A DNA stretch of 64,000 bases, taken from a candidate division FCPU426 bacterium (GTDB lineage: Bacteria > Oederibacteriota > Muellerivitia > Muellerivitales > Muellerivitaceae). The position numbers and the translations under genes were made by a program. Below the pieces are notes generated by a model. The model ran no database searches and had not been told where the DNA came from. It saw only the letters and a program-made list of their open reading frames with translations. Of this stretch, positions 1 to 12,617 are shown one piece after another. The stretch spans positions 32,374-96,373 of the forward strand of contig JASHNQ010000049.1 of NCBI GenBank assembly GCA_030041545.1. Reading direction: 5' to 3'. Within the stretch, counting starts at the first letter, position 1. Each line of letters begins with the position of its first letter.

Positions 1-340
1 GCTTGTAAACGTCCAGGCCCAAAACGCAGGAATTCTCGCAAGGGGCCGGGCAAAGACGGCCGGTGAATTCGGGGAAATTGTTGGTGGCGTGCAGACGCTC
101 GATAGCCTCGCGCCAGCGGTCGCGGTACACCAAGTCGTTCCAGTCCGGGATGATGTTGCCCAGGGGACAACCCTGGTGGCAGAAAGGCACGCCGCAATCC
201 ATGCAACGGGCCGCCTGGTCCTTCAAATGGGCCGGTTCGAAGGGAAGGACATATTCCTTCCAATCCTTGACGCGCTCCTCAACGGGCCTTTTGTGGAGGT
301 ATTCCCGGCCCTGCTCCATGAATCCTGTAGGCTTACCCAA
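1..340 (-). CDS. gltD: Glutamate synthase small subunit, N-terminal part (gene continues beyond window start); probable TTG start
   Basis: Reverse-complement translation of 1-340 reads [105 protein letters not shown], the conserved GltD N-terminus; lies directly downstream of gltB on the same strand. Confidence 0.85.
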   Translation of the reverse strand, partial: MGKPTGFMEQGREYLHKRPVEERVKDWKEYVLPFEPAHLKDQAARCMDCGVPFCHQGCPLGNIIPDWNDLVYRDRWREAIERLHATNNFPEFTGRLCPAPCENSCVLGLDVYK

Positions 341-457
341 TTTACAACTCCAAATTAAGTTGTGAGTTTTGAGTTTTAAGCCCTGAGTTAATGACATTTT
401 TCAATTTTGAACTTAAAAATTGAAAAATCTTCCACAACTCAACACTCAAAACTGGTT

Positions 458-3400
458 TTACGCGACAGCTACCGGCTGGGCCGCCGCGTCTTTCTGCGCT
501 TGCAGGGCCTTCTTGTAATCCACCGGCATGACCTTCACGAACTGGCGGGCCGCCTTGTCCCATTCCTTCAGGAGGTTCTCGGCCACGGCGCTACCCGTGA
601 ACTGCTGGTGCTTCCGGAGCATGTTTTCCACGTATTTCAGGTCCTCGGCCTCCATCCCCTCCAGGGCCACCATTTCCTTGTTGCAGCGAATGTCGAAGTC
701 GCCGGACTTGTTCCATACGTAGGCGACGCCACCCGACATGCCGGCCGCGAAATTGCGTCCCGTGTCGCCGATCACCACTACCCGGCCCCCGGTCATGTAC
801 TCGCAACCGTGGTCGCCGACCCCCTCCACCACCGCCTCCACTCCGGAATTGCGCACGCCGAAGCGTTCCCCGGCCTTGCCCCGGATGTAAGCCTCGCCGC
901 TGGTAGCGCCGTAGAAAAGCACGTTGCCGACGATGATGTTTTCTTCGGGCACGAAGGTGGCGTCCTTAGAGGGATAAACGATGATCTTACCGCCGCAAAG
1001 ACCCTTGCCCAGGTAGTCGTTGGCGTCCCCTTCCAGCCTGAGCGTCATGCCGCGCGGCACGAATGCCCCGAAACTCTGTCCCGCCGAGCCCTTGAAGGTG
1101 ATCTGGATAGTGTCGTCCGGAAGTCCCTTGGCCCCGTGTTTGCGGGAAATCCCGGCGCCCAGCAGGGTCCCCACCGTGCGGTTGATGTTGCGGATGGGCA
1201 CCTCGAACTTGACGGGTTTCTTCTCGTTCAAAGCCGGCTGGCACCGTTCGATCAAGACCTCGTTGTCCAAGGCCTTGTCCAGGCCATGGTCCTGTTTTTG
1301 CACGCAATAAACCGGGCCCAGGTTGGATTCTTCGGGCCGGTGGAAAATAGGCGAGAAATCCAGGCCCTTGGATTTCCAGTGGGCGATGGCCCCGTTCATT
1401 TCCAGCATCTCCGAATGGCCCACCATGTCGTTGACGGTTTTGAACCCCAGTTCGGCCATGATCTCGCGCAGTTCTTCGGCGATGAACATCATGAAATTGA
1501 CCACGTGCTCGGGCTTGCCCGTGAATTTCTTCCTTAGTTCCGGGTTTTGCGTGGCGATGCCGACGGGGCAGGTATCCAGGTGGCAGACCCGCATCATGAT
1601 GCAGCCTTCCGAAACCAGGGCGGCGGTGGCGAAGCCGAATTCCTCGGCGCCCAAAAGGCAGGCAATGGCCACGTCGCGGCCGGTCTTGAGCTGGCCGTCG
1701 GTCTGGACCGTGATTCGGTCCCGGAGCCGGTTCTTGACCAGGATCTGGTGGGTCTCCGCCAGGCCCAGTTCCCAGGGGGTCCCGGCGAACTTGATGGAGG
1801 TCAAAGGCGAAGCGCCCGTGCCGCCGTCATGGCCGCTGATCAAAACATGGTCCGCGTGGGCCTTGCACACGCCGGCCGCCACGGTTCCCACGCCGATCTC
1901 CGCCACCAATTTCACCGAGATGCGGGCGTACTGGTTTGCGTTCTTCAGGTCGTGGATTAGTTGAGCCAGGTCTTCAATGGAATAAATGTCGTGATGCGGC
2001 GGGGGTGAGATGAGGCCTACGAAGGGGGTGGCAAATCGGGTTTTGGCGATCCAGGGATAAACCTTCTTGCCGGGCAACTGTCCGCCCTCGCCGGGCTTGG
2101 CTCCTTGCGCCATCTTGATCTGCAGTTCCTTGGCATTGACCATGTAATGGCTGGTCACGCCGAAACGGCCCGAGGCCACCTGCTTGATGGCCGAATTACG
2201 CGAATCTCCATTGGGTTCCGGGATGTAACGGTCGTCGTCCTCGCCGCCCTCGCCCGTGTTGGACTTGCCGCCCAGGCGGTTCATGGCGATGGCCAGGGTT
2301 TGGTGGGCTTCCTTACTGATGGAGCCGTAGGACATGGCGCCGGTGGCGAAGCGCTTGACGATCGCTGAGGCCGGTTCCACCTGGTCGATGGGGATGGGGT
2401 TGCCCTTCTTGAACTTAAAAAGCCCGCGCAGGGTAGCCAGGGCGCGCGACTGTTCGTTGACGTCCGCCGAATAAGCCTTGAAGGATTTGTAGTTGCCCGT
2501 CCTCACCGCGTTTTGAAGCTTGTGGACCGTGTCGGGGTTGAAAAGATGCTTTTCACCGTCCCGGCGCCACTGGTACCGGCCGCCCCAGTCCAGGTCGAGC
2601 TCCCTGGAGGGCCTCTCCGGGAAGGCTCCCCGGTGCCGCTTCTCGGATTCGGCGGCCACTTCGTCGATGCCGATGCCTTGAATGCGGCTGGATGTCCAGG
2701 TGAAATACTTGTCGATGAATTCGGAATTGAGCCCTACCGCCTCGAAAATCTGGGCGCCCCGGTAGCTTTGGATGGTGGAAATGCCCATCTTGGACATCAC
2801 CTTCACGATGCCCTTGTTGGCGGCCTTGATGTACTTCTTGACTGCGGTCTTGTGGTCGACGTCAGATGGGAGGATGCGGCGGCGGATCATGTCGTCCAGG
2901 GTCTCGAAGGCCAGGTAGGGGTTAATGGCGTTGGCGCCGTAGCCCAAAAGCAGGGCGAAATGGTGCACTTCGCGGGGTTCACCCGATTCCAAAATGAGCC
3001 CCACCTTGGTGCGCTCACCCTTCTTGATCAGATGGTGGTGCACGGCGGAGGTGGCCAAAAGGCTAGGGATAGGGGCGTTATCGTGGTCCAAACCCCGGTC
3101 CGTCAGGATGATAATTTGATGGCCTTCCTTGACGGCTTTGCTGGCCTTTTCGCGCACCTCCTCGATGGCCTTGGCCAAACCCGCGCCGCCTTCCGCAACC
3201 TTATAAAGGATAGGCAGGGTGACGGCCTTGTAATCCTTGAACTTCAAATGGGTGAACTTGGCCAATTCGTCGTTGTCCAACACCGGACTCTTGAGCTCGA
3301 TATGGCGGCAGGATTCTGGTGTGGGCTTCAGGAGGTTACCCTCCGGCCCGATGCTGGTGTTGACGGTGGTTACCAGTTCCTCGCGGATGGCGTCCAAGGG

Positions 3401-5005
3401 CGGATTGGTGACCTGGGCGAAGAGCTGGCGGAAATAATTGAAAAGGGGTTGGGCCTGGTTGGAAAGCACCGCCAGGGGCGTATCGTCGCCCATGGAGCCG
3501 ATGGCTTCTTCCCCGCTAGTGGCCATGGGCGCCATCAGGATGCGCACGTCCTCGTGCGTGTAGCCAAAGGCTTTTTGGCGCTTCAAGACCGTCTCGTGGT
3601 CGGGTTCGGGCACGTGGGGCGCATCGGGCAGCTTTTCCAAGCTCGTCAAATTGGCCTTAAGCCATTCCCCATAAGGCTGGGCCTTGGCGATCTTTTCCTT
3701 GAGTTCCACGTCGTCGATAATTCGGCCCTCGCTTAAGTCGATCAGGAACATCTTGCCGGGCTCCAAACGGCCTTTTTTCAAAACACGCTTGGGTTCGATG
3801 TCCAAAACCCCCACTTCGGAAGCCATCACCACCAGGTCGTCCTTGGTCACGTAATAGCGCGAGGGGCGGAGACCATTTCGGTCCAAAACCGCGCCGATCA
3901 CCCGGCCGTCGGTAAAAGCGATGGAGGCGGGGCCGTCCCAGGGTTCCATAAGGCAGGAGTGGTAGTGATAGAAGTCCTTCTTGTACTGGGGCATGGTGGC
4001 ATGTCCGGTCCAAGCCTCGGGGATCATCATCATTACCGCATGGGGCAGGCTACGCCCGCCCATGACCAGGATCTCCAAGGCGTTGTCGAAGGTGGCCGAG
4101 TCGGACTGGCCCTCCCGCACGATGGGAAGAAGGCGTTTCATTTCCTCGGATGTGAAATAATCGCTGTCGAAAAGGGCCTCGCGGGCGTGCATCCAGTTGA
4201 TGTTGCCGCGAAGCGTGTTGATTTCACCATTATGGGCGATGTAGCGGAAAGGATGGGCCAAGTCCCAAGAAGGAAAGGTGTTGGTGGAAAAGCGGGAGTG
4301 CACGAGGGCCAAGGCCGATTCCATGGACGGGTCGCGCAAGTCGCGGAAATAAGGGGCCACCTGCCCAGGGGTCAGCATACCCTTATAAACGATGGTGCGG
4401 CAGGAAAGGCTGGCCACGTAAAAGAGGTTTTTTTCAGTGAGAGTGGAACCCGCCACCAGGTTTTCCACCCGTTTGCGGATGAGGAACAGCTTGCGCTCAA
4501 AGGCGTCCTGGTCCTTGATCTCTTTGGATCTGCCGATGAAGATCTGCTTCATCACGGGCTCGGAGGCCCGGGCCGTGGGCCCCACCTCGGTGTTGTCCGT
4601 GGGCACCAGACGCCAGCCCAGGAGGGTTTGCCCTTCCTCGCGTACGATCTTCTCGAAAACGTCCTCGCAAAACTTGATGTGGTCGGGCAGTTTGGGGAGG
4701 AACACCACCCCCACCCCGTATTCCCCCTCCGGTGGCAGGGTCATGTTGAAGGCCGCCGCGTTCTTGCGGAAAAACTTGTCGGGGATTTGGAGCAGCACGC
4801 CCGCGCCGTCGCCCGTGTTGGTCTCGCAGCCGCAGGCACCCCGGTGGGAGAGGTTCAGGAGGATTTCCACGCCCTGCTGGACAATCTCATGGGATTTTTT
4901 GTTCTTCATGTTGGCCACGAAGGCCACGCCGCAGGAATCCTTGCCCGCGTCAAAGGGCGCGAGGAGGTTTTCCCGGGGGTTCGCTTGGAGCGGTTTTTCG
5001 GGCAT
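458..5005 (-). CDS. gltB: Glutamate synthase large subunit (about 1515 aa); start taken at MPEKP... inside the longer ORF
   Basis: ORF 458..5062 (-); N-terminal ...[11 protein letters not shown] amidotransferase Cys1 motif, FMN/Fe-S central domain, C-terminal GXGXG domain; length and order gltB-gltD typical. Confidence 0.95.
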   Translation of the reverse strand: MPEKPLQANPRENLLAPFDAGKDSCGVAFVANMKNKKSHEIVQQGVEILLNLSHRGACGCETNTGDGAGVLLQIPDKFFRKNAAAFNMTLPPEGEYGVGVVFLPKLPDHIKFCEDVFEKIVREEGQTLLGWRLVPTDNTEVGPTARASEPVMKQIFIGRSKEIKDQDAFERKLFLIRKRVENLVAGSTLTEKNLFYVASLSCRTIVYKGMLTPGQVAPYFRDLRDPSMESALALVHSRFSTNTFPSWDLAHPFRYIAHNGEINTLRGNINWMHAREALFDSDYFTSEEMKRLLPIVREGQSDSATFDNALEILVMGGRSLPHAVMMMIPEAWTGHATMPQYKKDFYHYHSCLMEPWDGPASIAFTDGRVIGAVLDRNGLRPSRYYVTKDDLVVMASEVGVLDIEPKRVLKKGRLEPGKMFLIDLSEGRIIDDVELKEKIAKAQPYGEWLKANLTSLEKLPDAPHVPEPDHETVLKRQKAFGYTHEDVRILMAPMATSGEEAIGSMGDDTPLAVLSNQAQPLFNYFRQLFAQVTNPPLDAIREELVTTVNTSIGPEGNLLKPTPESCRHIELKSPVLDNDELAKFTHLKFKDYKAVTLPILYKVAEGGAGLAKAIEEVREKASKAVKEGHQIIILTDRGLDHDNAPIPSLLATSAVHHHLIKKGERTKVGLILESGEPREVHHFALLLGYGANAINPYLAFETLDDMIRRRILPSDVDHKTAVKKYIKAANKGIVKVMSKMGISTIQSYRGAQIFEAVGLNSEFIDKYFTWTSSRIQGIGIDEVAAESEKRHRGAFPERPSRELDLDWGGRYQWRRDGEKHLFNPDTVHKLQNAVRTGNYKSFKAYSADVNEQSRALATLRGLFKFKKGNPIPIDQVEPASAIVKRFATGAMSYGSISKEAHQTLAIAMNRLGGKSNTGEGGEDDDRYIPEPNGDSRNSAIKQVASGRFGVTSHYMVNAKELQIKMAQGAKPGEGGQLPGKKVYPWIAKTRFATPFVGLISPPPHHDIYSIEDLAQLIHDLKNANQYARISVKLVAEIGVGTVAAGVCKAHADHVLISGHDGGTGASPLTSIKFAGTPWELGLAETHQILVKNRLRDRITVQTDGQLKTGRDVAIACLLGAEEFGFATAALVSEGCIMMRVCHLDTCPVGIATQNPELRKKFTGKPEHVVNFMMFIAEELREIMAELGFKTVNDMVGHSEMLEMNGAIAHWKSKGLDFSPIFHRPEESNLGPVYCVQKQDHGLDKALDNEVLIERCQPALNEKKPVKFEVPIRNINRTVGTLLGAGISRKHGAKGLPDDTIQITFKGSAGQSFGAFVPRGMTLRLEGDANDYLGKGLCGGKIIVYPSKDATFVPEENIIVGNVLFYGATSGEAYIRGKAGERFGVRNSGVEAVVEGVGDHGCEYMTGGRVVVIGDTGRNFAAGMSGGVAYVWNKSGDFDIRCNKEMVALEGMEAEDLKYVENMLRKHQQFTGSAVAENLLKEWDKAARQFVKVMPVDYKKALQAQKDAAAQPVAVA

Positions 5006-5082
5006 CGACTCTTCTCCTAAACAAAAAACAAAAACTATAAAAATTGGTCCGTGGGGGCCCACCCAGAGCTTGTCGAAGGGTT

Positions 5083-5112
5083 AAAAAAGGCGGCCTCATT
5101 TAAGGGGCCGCC
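5083..5112 (-). terminator. Intrinsic-terminator-like hairpin on minus strand (GGCGGCC-10 nt loop-GGCCGCC followed by TTTTTT on minus strand), about 80 bp upstream of gltB start
   Basis: Seen directly: aaaaaaGGCGGCCtcatttaaggGGCCGCC on + strand; minus strand reads stem-loop then T6. Confidence 0.35.
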
Positions 5113-5340
5113 GGCTGCCTCCTGCATGGATTGGGGCTGTTAAATTACATTATACAGTAAGGTTTTTCAAGCAAACTTCATACCACCCCTGGGGGTCGCC
5201 CAGGACTTGGAAACGCAAGGCAGATGCAGGGATAAAGAGAGTCGTACCGCCAGCTTTGTCGGTTAAGAAGGGTTAGCAAGAACGAAAATGTTGTAAGCAC
5301 CGAGCGTGTTTCCCGAACAATGGGCTCAACCGGATATTAA

Positions 5341-5550
5341 GAGACTCTAACAAAACCTCCCAAGACCCTCGCCCCTTGCGGGAGCCCTTCGAGAGTCTCA
5401 GGGCAGGAGGGTAGGCTTGCGGTGAGCGACCGAAGGGAGTCGAACCCGGTGAGGGGTGTGGGAAATCCTGCAGTTGTCACCCTCACCCCGTCCCTCTCCC
5501 CTCAAGGGAGAGGTGGATATTTCTTAAAAACAGGGTTTTGTTAGAGTCTC
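5341..5550. mobile_element. MITE-like non-coding element, 210 bp, bounded by perfect 17-bp terminal inverted repeats GAGACTCTAACAAAACC / GGTTTTGTTAGAGTCTC
   Basis: TIRs at 5341-5357 and 5534-5550 are exact reverse complements; interior is non-coding and GC-rich with internal hairpins and a further GAGAGTCTCA copy at about 5391; core motif shared with tandem array at 16440-16920. Confidence 0.4.
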
Positions 5551-5566
5551 AAAACTTCGAACCTCT

Positions 5567-7681
5567 TTATTTTCCAGCCGCATTTAACGCTTGCAGATTC
5601 TCTTGGGCCGGGGTTAATTTCAACACATCCATTTTTAAAGCCTTTTCAAAGGCCCTTCGCGCCTCCCGGTAACGGCCCATTTGGGTCAGTATCACCCCCT
5701 GTTCGTTGTACATATGCGGCAACGGATAACCCTCCAGGACACAATGACGGGCCGCCTCCAGGCATCCCAACGCATCCCGCTCCACGGAGCGGTTGTCGAA
5801 TATTTTTTCCCAATAAACGGATTCCAAGAAAGGATCTCCTTCAAGCTTATTTCCCAGTGGATAAATTCGGTCAAGGATATTTTCCCGTGAATTTCCGGGA
5901 AGTGTGTCGATCATTTCATAGGTTACCCCCTGCATCTCCTGGTTAAGGCAGAACCATTTCCCGAGGACCTCCCGGGTTTGTGGCAGCATAGGGATAACCC
6001 CCAAAGCCCACCAGCCGTAAGGGTCTTTCGGGCACAACCAGTAAAACCGGCCTTCCGGAAACCGTTTGGACAAAAACGGCAGGTAATCGGCATCCATCAA
6101 AACCGAAACCCATTTGGCGTCCGCGAACGAAAGGGCCGGATTCATGGCTGCGTTAAAGGAATAAGCGGCCACTTCGGGGGTCACATCGTCCACATGGGCC
6201 CGGAGGTCGAATAAGAGGGCGCCCGGTCCCGTTTCCAAATCAGTCTCCCGCAGGATCTCGTAGGATTTCCAAAGTTCGTATTCCTTCCCGAAATTCCAGG
6301 CGTTGCCTGGTATACCCCAGGCTTGGTGGAATTTCACGAACAAGTGGAAGGAATCCAACCCCATGGAAAGTCCCAAACCTACCGTTAATACCAAAATCTT
6401 TTTCCATCCCCCCAGAAACCCCATTAGGGATTGAAAACCCGCTACCCCCACCCACAAGACTAGGGGAAGCAACAGTAAAATCCGGGTCGTGTCGTAGCCC
6501 CGGGCCACGGCGGCTGGCAAAAGAAACAATCCCAAGGCACAAAGGACCCATCGGGCCAAGGGTAAAGACCGCGCCCTTATGAGTTCGAAGATTCCCAAGA
6601 AAAACAGGGCCCCTAAAACCGGGTTTAAAAGCCCCCCCCATATCGGGCCATATAAACGCCGCCCGTTGAAACCCCAAAACAATGCCCGGACATGGGAAAG
6701 GAAATCCACGGCCTGTTGTTTCAAATCCGTTCCGGGGTAAAAAGCCCACACGGCACGGATATACTGGCCATTTCGCTCGAACACCGAAATCAAGGCAAAA
6801 GGCAAGGCCATCGCCAACAAGCCGAGCCAAAACCCGCCGGCCACCTTCCAGTTATTTTTAGTAATCCCAAATCGGGGGATAAAAAAAAGGCAAAGGGAAA
6901 GGGCCATAACAGGCCACGCGACTGCGACAAAAAAGCCAAATCCTACGGCCAACCCCACCATCAGGGCCCAAATCCAGTTGTTGGATTCATCCTGTCGCCT
7001 CCAAAACAAGGCGAGGAGAAGGAAGGAAACAACCTGCCAAAAGACAACTATGTTTTCGGGAAGACATATCCTTCCCACATAAAGCGGCCAAAAACTGAAC
7101 CCAGTTAGGATCGCAAAAAACCAGGACTGGGATTTTGAAAATCGGAGGCGCGCCGCCCACCCCACGATCCATACGGTGAAAAGCGAAAGAAAAGCCTCAA
7201 ACAGCCAAAGGGACCGAAGGGAGGGGCCGATCCATTTGAAGTAAATTCCCAGCAACCAGTTAAAAAAAAACGGCACCTGGGTGAAATTAAAAAAAAATTT
7301 CCAGGCCCACTTTTGGGAAAGCTGGATGGAAAAAAACGCGGCATAGCCCTCATCCGTGAAGGGCCAAACCGATAAACCCGTCAGTTGGAACAGTCGGGGA
7401 ATGATGACCAAAAAGCCCCATAGAGCCCACCACCCAAAGGACAGGTTTGGAAAAAGCTCCCTTTCCCAAGGGGGTAGTTCGCCGGGGCCTTTCCATGCGG
7501 GCCGACAGAGGACCAGGGCCAAAGGCAGTCCAAAGCCCAAAAACGCTATCCAAAGCTCGGTTTGGAAGGAAAAATCAAAATAAGAAAGGAGCGAATTGGC
7601 CGTGGCGATGGAAAAAAAGGAAAAAAGAGGGTTATAGGAAAACCGAATTTCCTTTGCAAACCAGGAGGTTGAAGACCTCAT
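5567..7681 (-). CDS. Polytopic membrane protein with C-terminal TPR-like soluble domain; putative GT-C fold (ArnT/PMT-like) glycosyltransferase
   Basis: 704-aa ORF, more than 10 predicted hydrophobic helices in the first ~450 aa and a TPR-like C-terminus (…[28 protein letters not shown]…); start codon ATG overlaps glgB stop (ATGA). Confidence 0.55.
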   Translation of the reverse strand: MRSSTSWFAKEIRFSYNPLFSFFSIATANSLLSYFDFSFQTELWIAFLGFGLPLALVLCRPAWKGPGELPPWERELFPNLSFGWWALWGFLVIIPRLFQLTGLSVWPFTDEGYAAFFSIQLSQKWAWKFFFNFTQVPFFFNWLLGIYFKWIGPSLRSLWLFEAFLSLFTVWIVGWAARLRFSKSQSWFFAILTGFSFWPLYVGRICLPENIVVFWQVVSFLLLALFWRRQDESNNWIWALMVGLAVGFGFFVAVAWPVMALSLCLFFIPRFGITKNNWKVAGGFWLGLLAMALPFALISVFERNGQYIRAVWAFYPGTDLKQQAVDFLSHVRALFWGFNGRRLYGPIWGGLLNPVLGALFFLGIFELIRARSLPLARWVLCALGLFLLPAAVARGYDTTRILLLLPLVLWVGVAGFQSLMGFLGGWKKILVLTVGLGLSMGLDSFHLFVKFHQAWGIPGNAWNFGKEYELWKSYEILRETDLETGPGALLFDLRAHVDDVTPEVAAYSFNAAMNPALSFADAKWVSVLMDADYLPFLSKRFPEGRFYWLCPKDPYGWWALGVIPMLPQTREVLGKWFCLNQEMQGVTYEMIDTLPGNSRENILDRIYPLGNKLEGDPFLESVYWEKIFDNRSVERDALGCLEAARHCVLEGYPLPHMYNEQGVILTQMGRYREARRAFEKALKMDVLKLTPAQENLQALNAAGK

Positions 7682-9939
7682 CCAGGAACTTCAAACCACA
7701 AAGTGGCCAGGGGCGGCAGGGCCACGACGACCGAACAAGGCTGGCCGTGGCACGGTACGGCTTCGGCATGGACCCCGCCGTTGTTGCCGAAATTGGAACC
7801 GCCGTAAAGGTGGGAGTCGGTATTGAGGATTTCTCGGTAAAAACCAGGCTTGGGCACGCCCACCCGGTAGCCGTTACGGATGACCGGGGAAAAATTGCCC
7901 GCCACCAGGATTTGCCGGCCCGTGGAAGGCGACTTCCGGAGGAAAGCCACCGCATTGTCGTCCGCGTTGTTGGCGTCGATCCATTGGAACCCCCCCGGCT
8001 CCACGTCCGCTTCCCATAAGGCGGGATGGCTCTTGTAAATCCGGTTCAGGTCCGAAACGAGGTTTTGCATGCGCCAATGGTCCGCCCATTGGGTCAGGTG
8101 CCAGTCCAGGCTCTGCTCATGGTTCCACTCGTAGAACTGGGCGAATTCCCCGCCCATGAAAAGCAGTTTCTTTCCCGGGTGGGCCCACATGTAGCCGTAG
8201 AGGGATCTCAATCCCGCGAATTTCTGCCAGCGGTCCCCCGGCATCTTGTCGATCATGGAGCACTTGCCGTGCACCACCTCGTCGTGGGACAGGGGCAGGA
8301 TGAAGTTCTCGCTCCAGGCGTAAAGGAAGCCGAAGGTCAGGTTGTTGTGGTCGTAGCGGCGGTAGATGGGGTCGCGGCTGAAGTAGAAAAGTGTGTCATG
8401 CATCCAGCCCATGTTCCACTTGAACCCGAAGCCCAGGCCGCCCGTGTAGGTGGGCCGGCTCACGCCCGGCCAGGCCGTGGATTCCTCCGCGGCCATGATG
8501 ACGCCGGGGAATTGGGCGTGAACTAGTTCGTTGAGGTTCTTTAAAAAGCTGATGGCTTCCAGGTTTTCATTGCCGCCGAACTGGTTGGGCACCCACTCTC
8601 CTTCCTTTCGGCTGTAGTCCAGGTACAGCATGGAGGCCACGGCGTCCAGCCGCAGGCCGTCCACGTGGTATTCGGACAGCCAATAAAGGGCGCTGGACAA
8701 AAGGAAGTTCCGAACCTCATTTCGGCCGAAGTTGAAGACGTAGGTGCCCCAATCCGGGTGTTCCCCTTGGCGGGGGTCCAGGTGCTCGTAAAGGGCGGTG
8801 CCGTCGAAGCGGCCCAGGGCAAACTCGTCCTTGGGAAAATGGGCCGGCACCCAGTCCAGGATGACGCCGATGCCCTTTTGGTGCAGGTGATCCACTAGGT
8901 ACTTGAAGTCGTCCGGCGGACCAAACCGGGCCGTGGGGGAGAAATAAGACGAAACTTGGTAACCCCAGGATCCCCCGAAAGGATGTTCCATGACGGGCAT
9001 GAATTCCACGTGGGTGAAACCCATTTCCTGCACGTAATCCGCTAACTGGGCCGCCATCTCGCGGTAGGTCAGGGGGCGGTTGCCTTCCTCCGGCATCTTG
9101 CGCCAGGACTCCAGGTGGACTTCGTAAATGGAAAGGGGCTTCCGAAGGAAATCTCCCATGGCCCGGTTGGCCATCCATTCTTGGTCCTTAAATTTAAAAC
9201 GGGACTTGTAAACCACCGAAGCGGTCTTGGGCGGTTTTTCCGTGGCAAAGGCATAAGGGTCGGCCTTGAGAAGTCGGTGGCCTCCGTGGGTGCGGATTTC
9301 AAACTTGTAATTCATGCCTTCGGCGATTTCCGGGATGAAGAGCTCCCAAATGCCCGAACTCCCCATGCTGCGCATGGGGTGAAGGCGTCCGTCCCACCCG
9401 TTGAAATCCCCAACCACCGAAACCGCCTTGGCTCCCGGCGCCCAAACCGCGAAGGAGACGCCCTCCACGCCCTGGTGGGTCATGAAATGGGCCCCCATTT
9501 TCTCGTGGAGCTTCTGGTGGCTTCCCTCGCCCAAAAGATGGAGGTCCACGTCTCCCAAAGTGGGCCAGAATGAATAGGGATCCCAGTAGGTGAAAACCCT
9601 GTCGCCGGGGTATTCGACCCTCACCCGGTAAGGCCCGGGATCCAACTTTGGAACGTGGGCCTCAAACAATCCGGAAGGATGGACCTGCTCGGCGGCGATG
9701 GAATTTTGGGCGGATAGGATGGTGACGGTCCGGGCATCCGGCCTGAAAACCCGGACAACGGTTCCCGTTTTTTGGGGATGGATGCCGAGAAGGGAATGGG
9801 GATCGCCGTGGGAAAACGACAGGAAGCTCTCTAAGGCGCCTTTCGGGATCGAAAGGGGCGATGCGGCATGGGATTTTGCTGAAGTTTTTTTGGTACGTGA
9901 AGCCATTGAACCATCTCGATTTTTTTGATTTGCTAACAC
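7678..9939 (-). CDS. glgB: 1,4-alpha-glucan branching enzyme (GH13)
   Basis: 753-aa ORF with N-terminal CBM48-like region ([19 protein letters not shown]…), catalytic GH13 motifs ([64 protein letters not shown]). Confidence 0.9.
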   Translation of the reverse strand: MLANQKNRDGSMASRTKKTSAKSHAASPLSIPKGALESFLSFSHGDPHSLLGIHPQKTGTVVRVFRPDARTVTILSAQNSIAAEQVHPSGLFEAHVPKLDPGPYRVRVEYPGDRVFTYWDPYSFWPTLGDVDLHLLGEGSHQKLHEKMGAHFMTHQGVEGVSFAVWAPGAKAVSVVGDFNGWDGRLHPMRSMGSSGIWELFIPEIAEGMNYKFEIRTHGGHRLLKADPYAFATEKPPKTASVVYKSRFKFKDQEWMANRAMGDFLRKPLSIYEVHLESWRKMPEEGNRPLTYREMAAQLADYVQEMGFTHVEFMPVMEHPFGGSWGYQVSSYFSPTARFGPPDDFKYLVDHLHQKGIGVILDWVPAHFPKDEFALGRFDGTALYEHLDPRQGEHPDWGTYVFNFGRNEVRNFLLSSALYWLSEYHVDGLRLDAVASMLYLDYSRKEGEWVPNQFGGNENLEAISFLKNLNELVHAQFPGVIMAAEESTAWPGVSRPTYTGGLGFGFKWNMGWMHDTLFYFSRDPIYRRYDHNNLTFGFLYAWSENFILPLSHDEVVHGKCSMIDKMPGDRWQKFAGLRSLYGYMWAHPGKKLLFMGGEFAQFYEWNHEQSLDWHLTQWADHWRMQNLVSDLNRIYKSHPALWEADVEPGGFQWIDANNADDNAVAFLRKSPSTGRQILVAGNFSPVIRNGYRVGVPKPGFYREILNTDSHLYGGSNFGNNGGVHAEAVPCHGQPCSVVVALPPLATLWFEVPG

Positions 9940-9959
9940 CTTATAACTGGCGACTGCCG

Positions 9960-12425
9960 TTAAGCCACTTCGATCTCGTCCGCATGCACCGTTTTTTTCA
10001 ACTTTTCGTTCTCCGAGAGAAGGAGGTCCGTCTTCAAGTCCAGCAAATCGGAAAGTTCCGCCAGCTTGTCGTACTGGAGGGATTTAAAGGCCGCCTCGAA
10101 AACCGCCTCCTGGGCCAGGTAAAGGTTGTATTCAAGCCCCAGTTTCTGGGTCAGCTGCACCACCGCGATGGCGGCCCTCACATTTTCTTCGTTGGGTTTT
10201 CCAACGGCCATTTCCACGATTTCGGTGATGAGATTGCGGAAGGTGTGCTCGGCCACAAAGCGGTCGATGTGGTAGCCGTGGCGGGTCACTTCGTCGGCCA
10301 GGGCGATGAGGTTCCGGTAAGCGTCAGGGTCCTTGAACCATTCCCTTTTCTGGATTTCCTCCTCAAAAAGCTTCCCGAAGGTGAACTCGGCCGCGGCGCG
10401 AATTTCCCGCGGCAGTTCGAAACCCACGGACTGAAGCATTTCCAGGTTGCGGCGGTTGTCCTCGTAAAGGCGCACGTATTGCTCGGAAAACCCCTCCACC
10501 AGGCTGCCGAACACTTCCTTGAATATTTTCTGCCGGCTTTCGGGCAGCAGCTGTTCCACCCCGAACTCCTCGGGCCCGAATTCTTCCTGCATGAGCCTTA
10601 AAAGCTTGGGCAGGGAGACCAGGTAAAACTGGTCCCAAAGGTGCCGGGCGGACTTTTCGAAGTTTTCCTGCCGCAAGTAGGGCCGGATGGCGCCGTAAAA
10701 GTCGATGCCGCCCAGGTGGAGCCCGGCGAAGGCGTAGCGGAAATGCTGGCGGGTCATGGCTTCCTGAAGCAAAACGTGGCCGGTCATCAGGGTGAAGCGG
10801 CCGTGTTCCTCCTTGCGGGCGTCCAGCATCTCGAACAGATAGCCCCCGGCCTCTCCCTTCTCCGCCACGTGGTTGACCAGGGAGGAAATGCCGAGATGGG
10901 CCACCACATCCTGGGGCGTGACGCGGGTCGGTTCGGCGAAGCGGCGGTACACGTCCGCGCCCGTGCCGAATTCGGGGATGTTGCTTTGGGCCTCCGAAAG
11001 AATGTCCAGGAAGGATTTTTCCGGGGACTCGAATCCCAGGGTTTCCAGCAGGTCGAAGATACGGGTCGCGTATTTCATGACCTGGACCGTCTCAATACCC
11101 GATATTTCGGTGAAGAACCAGCCGCAGCTGGTGTACATCAGCATGGCGTTACGCTGGATTTCCAGGTGGCTCAAGGCCTTCACCTGCTCGAGTTCGGAGA
11201 GTTCTCGGCCCGCTTGTTTCTTGAGGAACTCTTTGCGGGACGCCTGGGGATCCAGCACCAGGTGGATGTAGTCGTTGCGGGCGGCCCAGGGGTCGGTAAA
11301 GAGCCTGCCCCGCTCTTGTTCGAAATAACCGTGCACCTTGTCCCTCAAAAAGTCGAAGGCCTTGCGCAAGGGGCCCCGCCACTTCTGGTTCCAGCCTTCC
11401 CGGCCGCCGGTCTGGCAGCCGCAGTCTCGGTACCAGCGGCCCACGCCATGGGCGCAACTCCAGGAGGTGCCGGTGCCGTCAGGCCCCTTCTTGACCTCCA
11501 CCTCCCATGTCGGAAGGTGTTTTTCGAGGAAAGCCCCGTAATTGGTGATCCAGTAGCCGCCCTGGGTCGCCTCCACCTTCAAGGCGTAGGCCAGGCTGCG
11601 GTCGCCGAACTTGGTGTGGTGGCCGTAGGATTCGCCGTCGGTGGCCGTCTGCACGACGCGGCCGTCCCCCCTGCCCACCCGGCCGATTCGGTCGATCAGG
11701 GCCTGGCTGGAAATGAGCGACCCCTCAAAGGCGATGCCCCGGGCAATGCCCATGTCGTAGAAGAAGATGTCGATGAACCGCTTGGAACCGTCCCGGTGGA
11801 AATAGCGGTAAGCCATGCCAGTGTCGATCCGGCCGTTGGAAACGTCGGTCCAGCCTTCCGATCCCAAGGGCCGTACCCTTTCGGCTTGTTCGGGGGACAA
11901 GATCACGTACTTGAGGCCGTGGTCGATCAGGACCGACAGGGTGGCGTCGTTGCAGGCGGTCTCCGGAAGCCAAAGGGCCTCCGGTTCACGCTGGAAGCGG
12001 TGCTTAAAGTCCTCGATGCCCCATTTCACCTGGGTAATGCGGTCCGCCTCGTTGCAAAGGGGAAGGATGGTATGGTTATAGCCCTGCGCGATGGCGTTGC
12101 CGTGGCCGCCGTTCCTTTTGGCGCTCTTTTTGTCCGCCTCCAGGATTTTCTCATAGGTCGCGGGATGATACTTCTCCATCCAGGAAAGGAGAGTGGGTCC
12201 GAAATTGAAGTTGATGGACTCGTAGTTGTTGACGATGCTTTCGATGCGGCCGCTCTTCAGGTCGAAAATACGGGCGAAAGCGTTGGGCCGGTAGCACTCA
12301 TAATAGACCCGGTCATTCCAGTTGGGAAAAGGCTGGGCGCTGGGCTGGTCGTCGATGATCCCCGTCCAAGGGTTTTCCCGGGGAGGCTGGTAGAAATGGC
12401 CGTGAATGACAAGGGCGGTGGACAT
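9960..12425 (-). CDS. Glycoside hydrolase family 57 protein (alpha-amylase/branching-enzyme-like) with long C-terminal domain
   Basis: 821-aa ORF beginning [22 protein letters not shown], the hallmark GH57 N-terminal motif; 20-nt gap to glgB suggests co-transcription. Confidence 0.85.
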   Translation of the reverse strand: MSTALVIHGHFYQPPRENPWTGIIDDQPSAQPFPNWNDRVYYECYRPNAFARIFDLKSGRIESIVNNYESINFNFGPTLLSWMEKYHPATYEKILEADKKSAKRNGGHGNAIAQGYNHTILPLCNEADRITQVKWGIEDFKHRFQREPEALWLPETACNDATLSVLIDHGLKYVILSPEQAERVRPLGSEGWTDVSNGRIDTGMAYRYFHRDGSKRFIDIFFYDMGIARGIAFEGSLISSQALIDRIGRVGRGDGRVVQTATDGESYGHHTKFGDRSLAYALKVEATQGGYWITNYGAFLEKHLPTWEVEVKKGPDGTGTSWSCAHGVGRWYRDCGCQTGGREGWNQKWRGPLRKAFDFLRDKVHGYFEQERGRLFTDPWAARNDYIHLVLDPQASRKEFLKKQAGRELSELEQVKALSHLEIQRNAMLMYTSCGWFFTEISGIETVQVMKYATRIFDLLETLGFESPEKSFLDILSEAQSNIPEFGTGADVYRRFAEPTRVTPQDVVAHLGISSLVNHVAEKGEAGGYLFEMLDARKEEHGRFTLMTGHVLLQEAMTRQHFRYAFAGLHLGGIDFYGAIRPYLRQENFEKSARHLWDQFYLVSLPKLLRLMQEEFGPEEFGVEQLLPESRQKIFKEVFGSLVEGFSEQYVRLYEDNRRNLEMLQSVGFELPREIRAAAEFTFGKLFEEEIQKREWFKDPDAYRNLIALADEVTRHGYHIDRFVAEHTFRNLITEIVEMAVGKPNEENVRAAIAVVQLTQKLGLEYNLYLAQEAVFEAAFKSLQYDKLAELSDLLDLKTDLLLSENEKLKKTVHADEIEVA

Positions 12426-12617
12426 TCAATCCTCAGCTCTCAGAGTTCAGCCATTCGACATGCCCATGGCCTGGTGATAATGCCCTGAGGCACTCGAAGG
12501 GTGTCAGGCGCCAGCGAAAACTTAAAATCCTCCGGCGTTCCGGTTTTGATGAAACCGGATACCTGGCACCCAACAATGAGGGGTAGATTTTACCGGTAAA
12601 AGCGCCCATTGGGTCAA

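Noticed and set aside
407-5020. Several long plus-strand ORFs (407..1537, 2513..3736, 3959..5020 etc.)
   Set aside because: They lie entirely within and antisense to gltB. They show GC-rich shadow-frame composition and no recognisable protein features.
5421-5500. tRNA-like sequence on minus strand (GGGTTCGACTCC T-loop-like motif) inside the MITE-like element
   Set aside because: It cannot be folded into a cloverleaf. The T-stem would have only 3 bp, there is no matching acceptor stem 5' half, and no CCA context. It is more likely a degraded fragment or a chance match.
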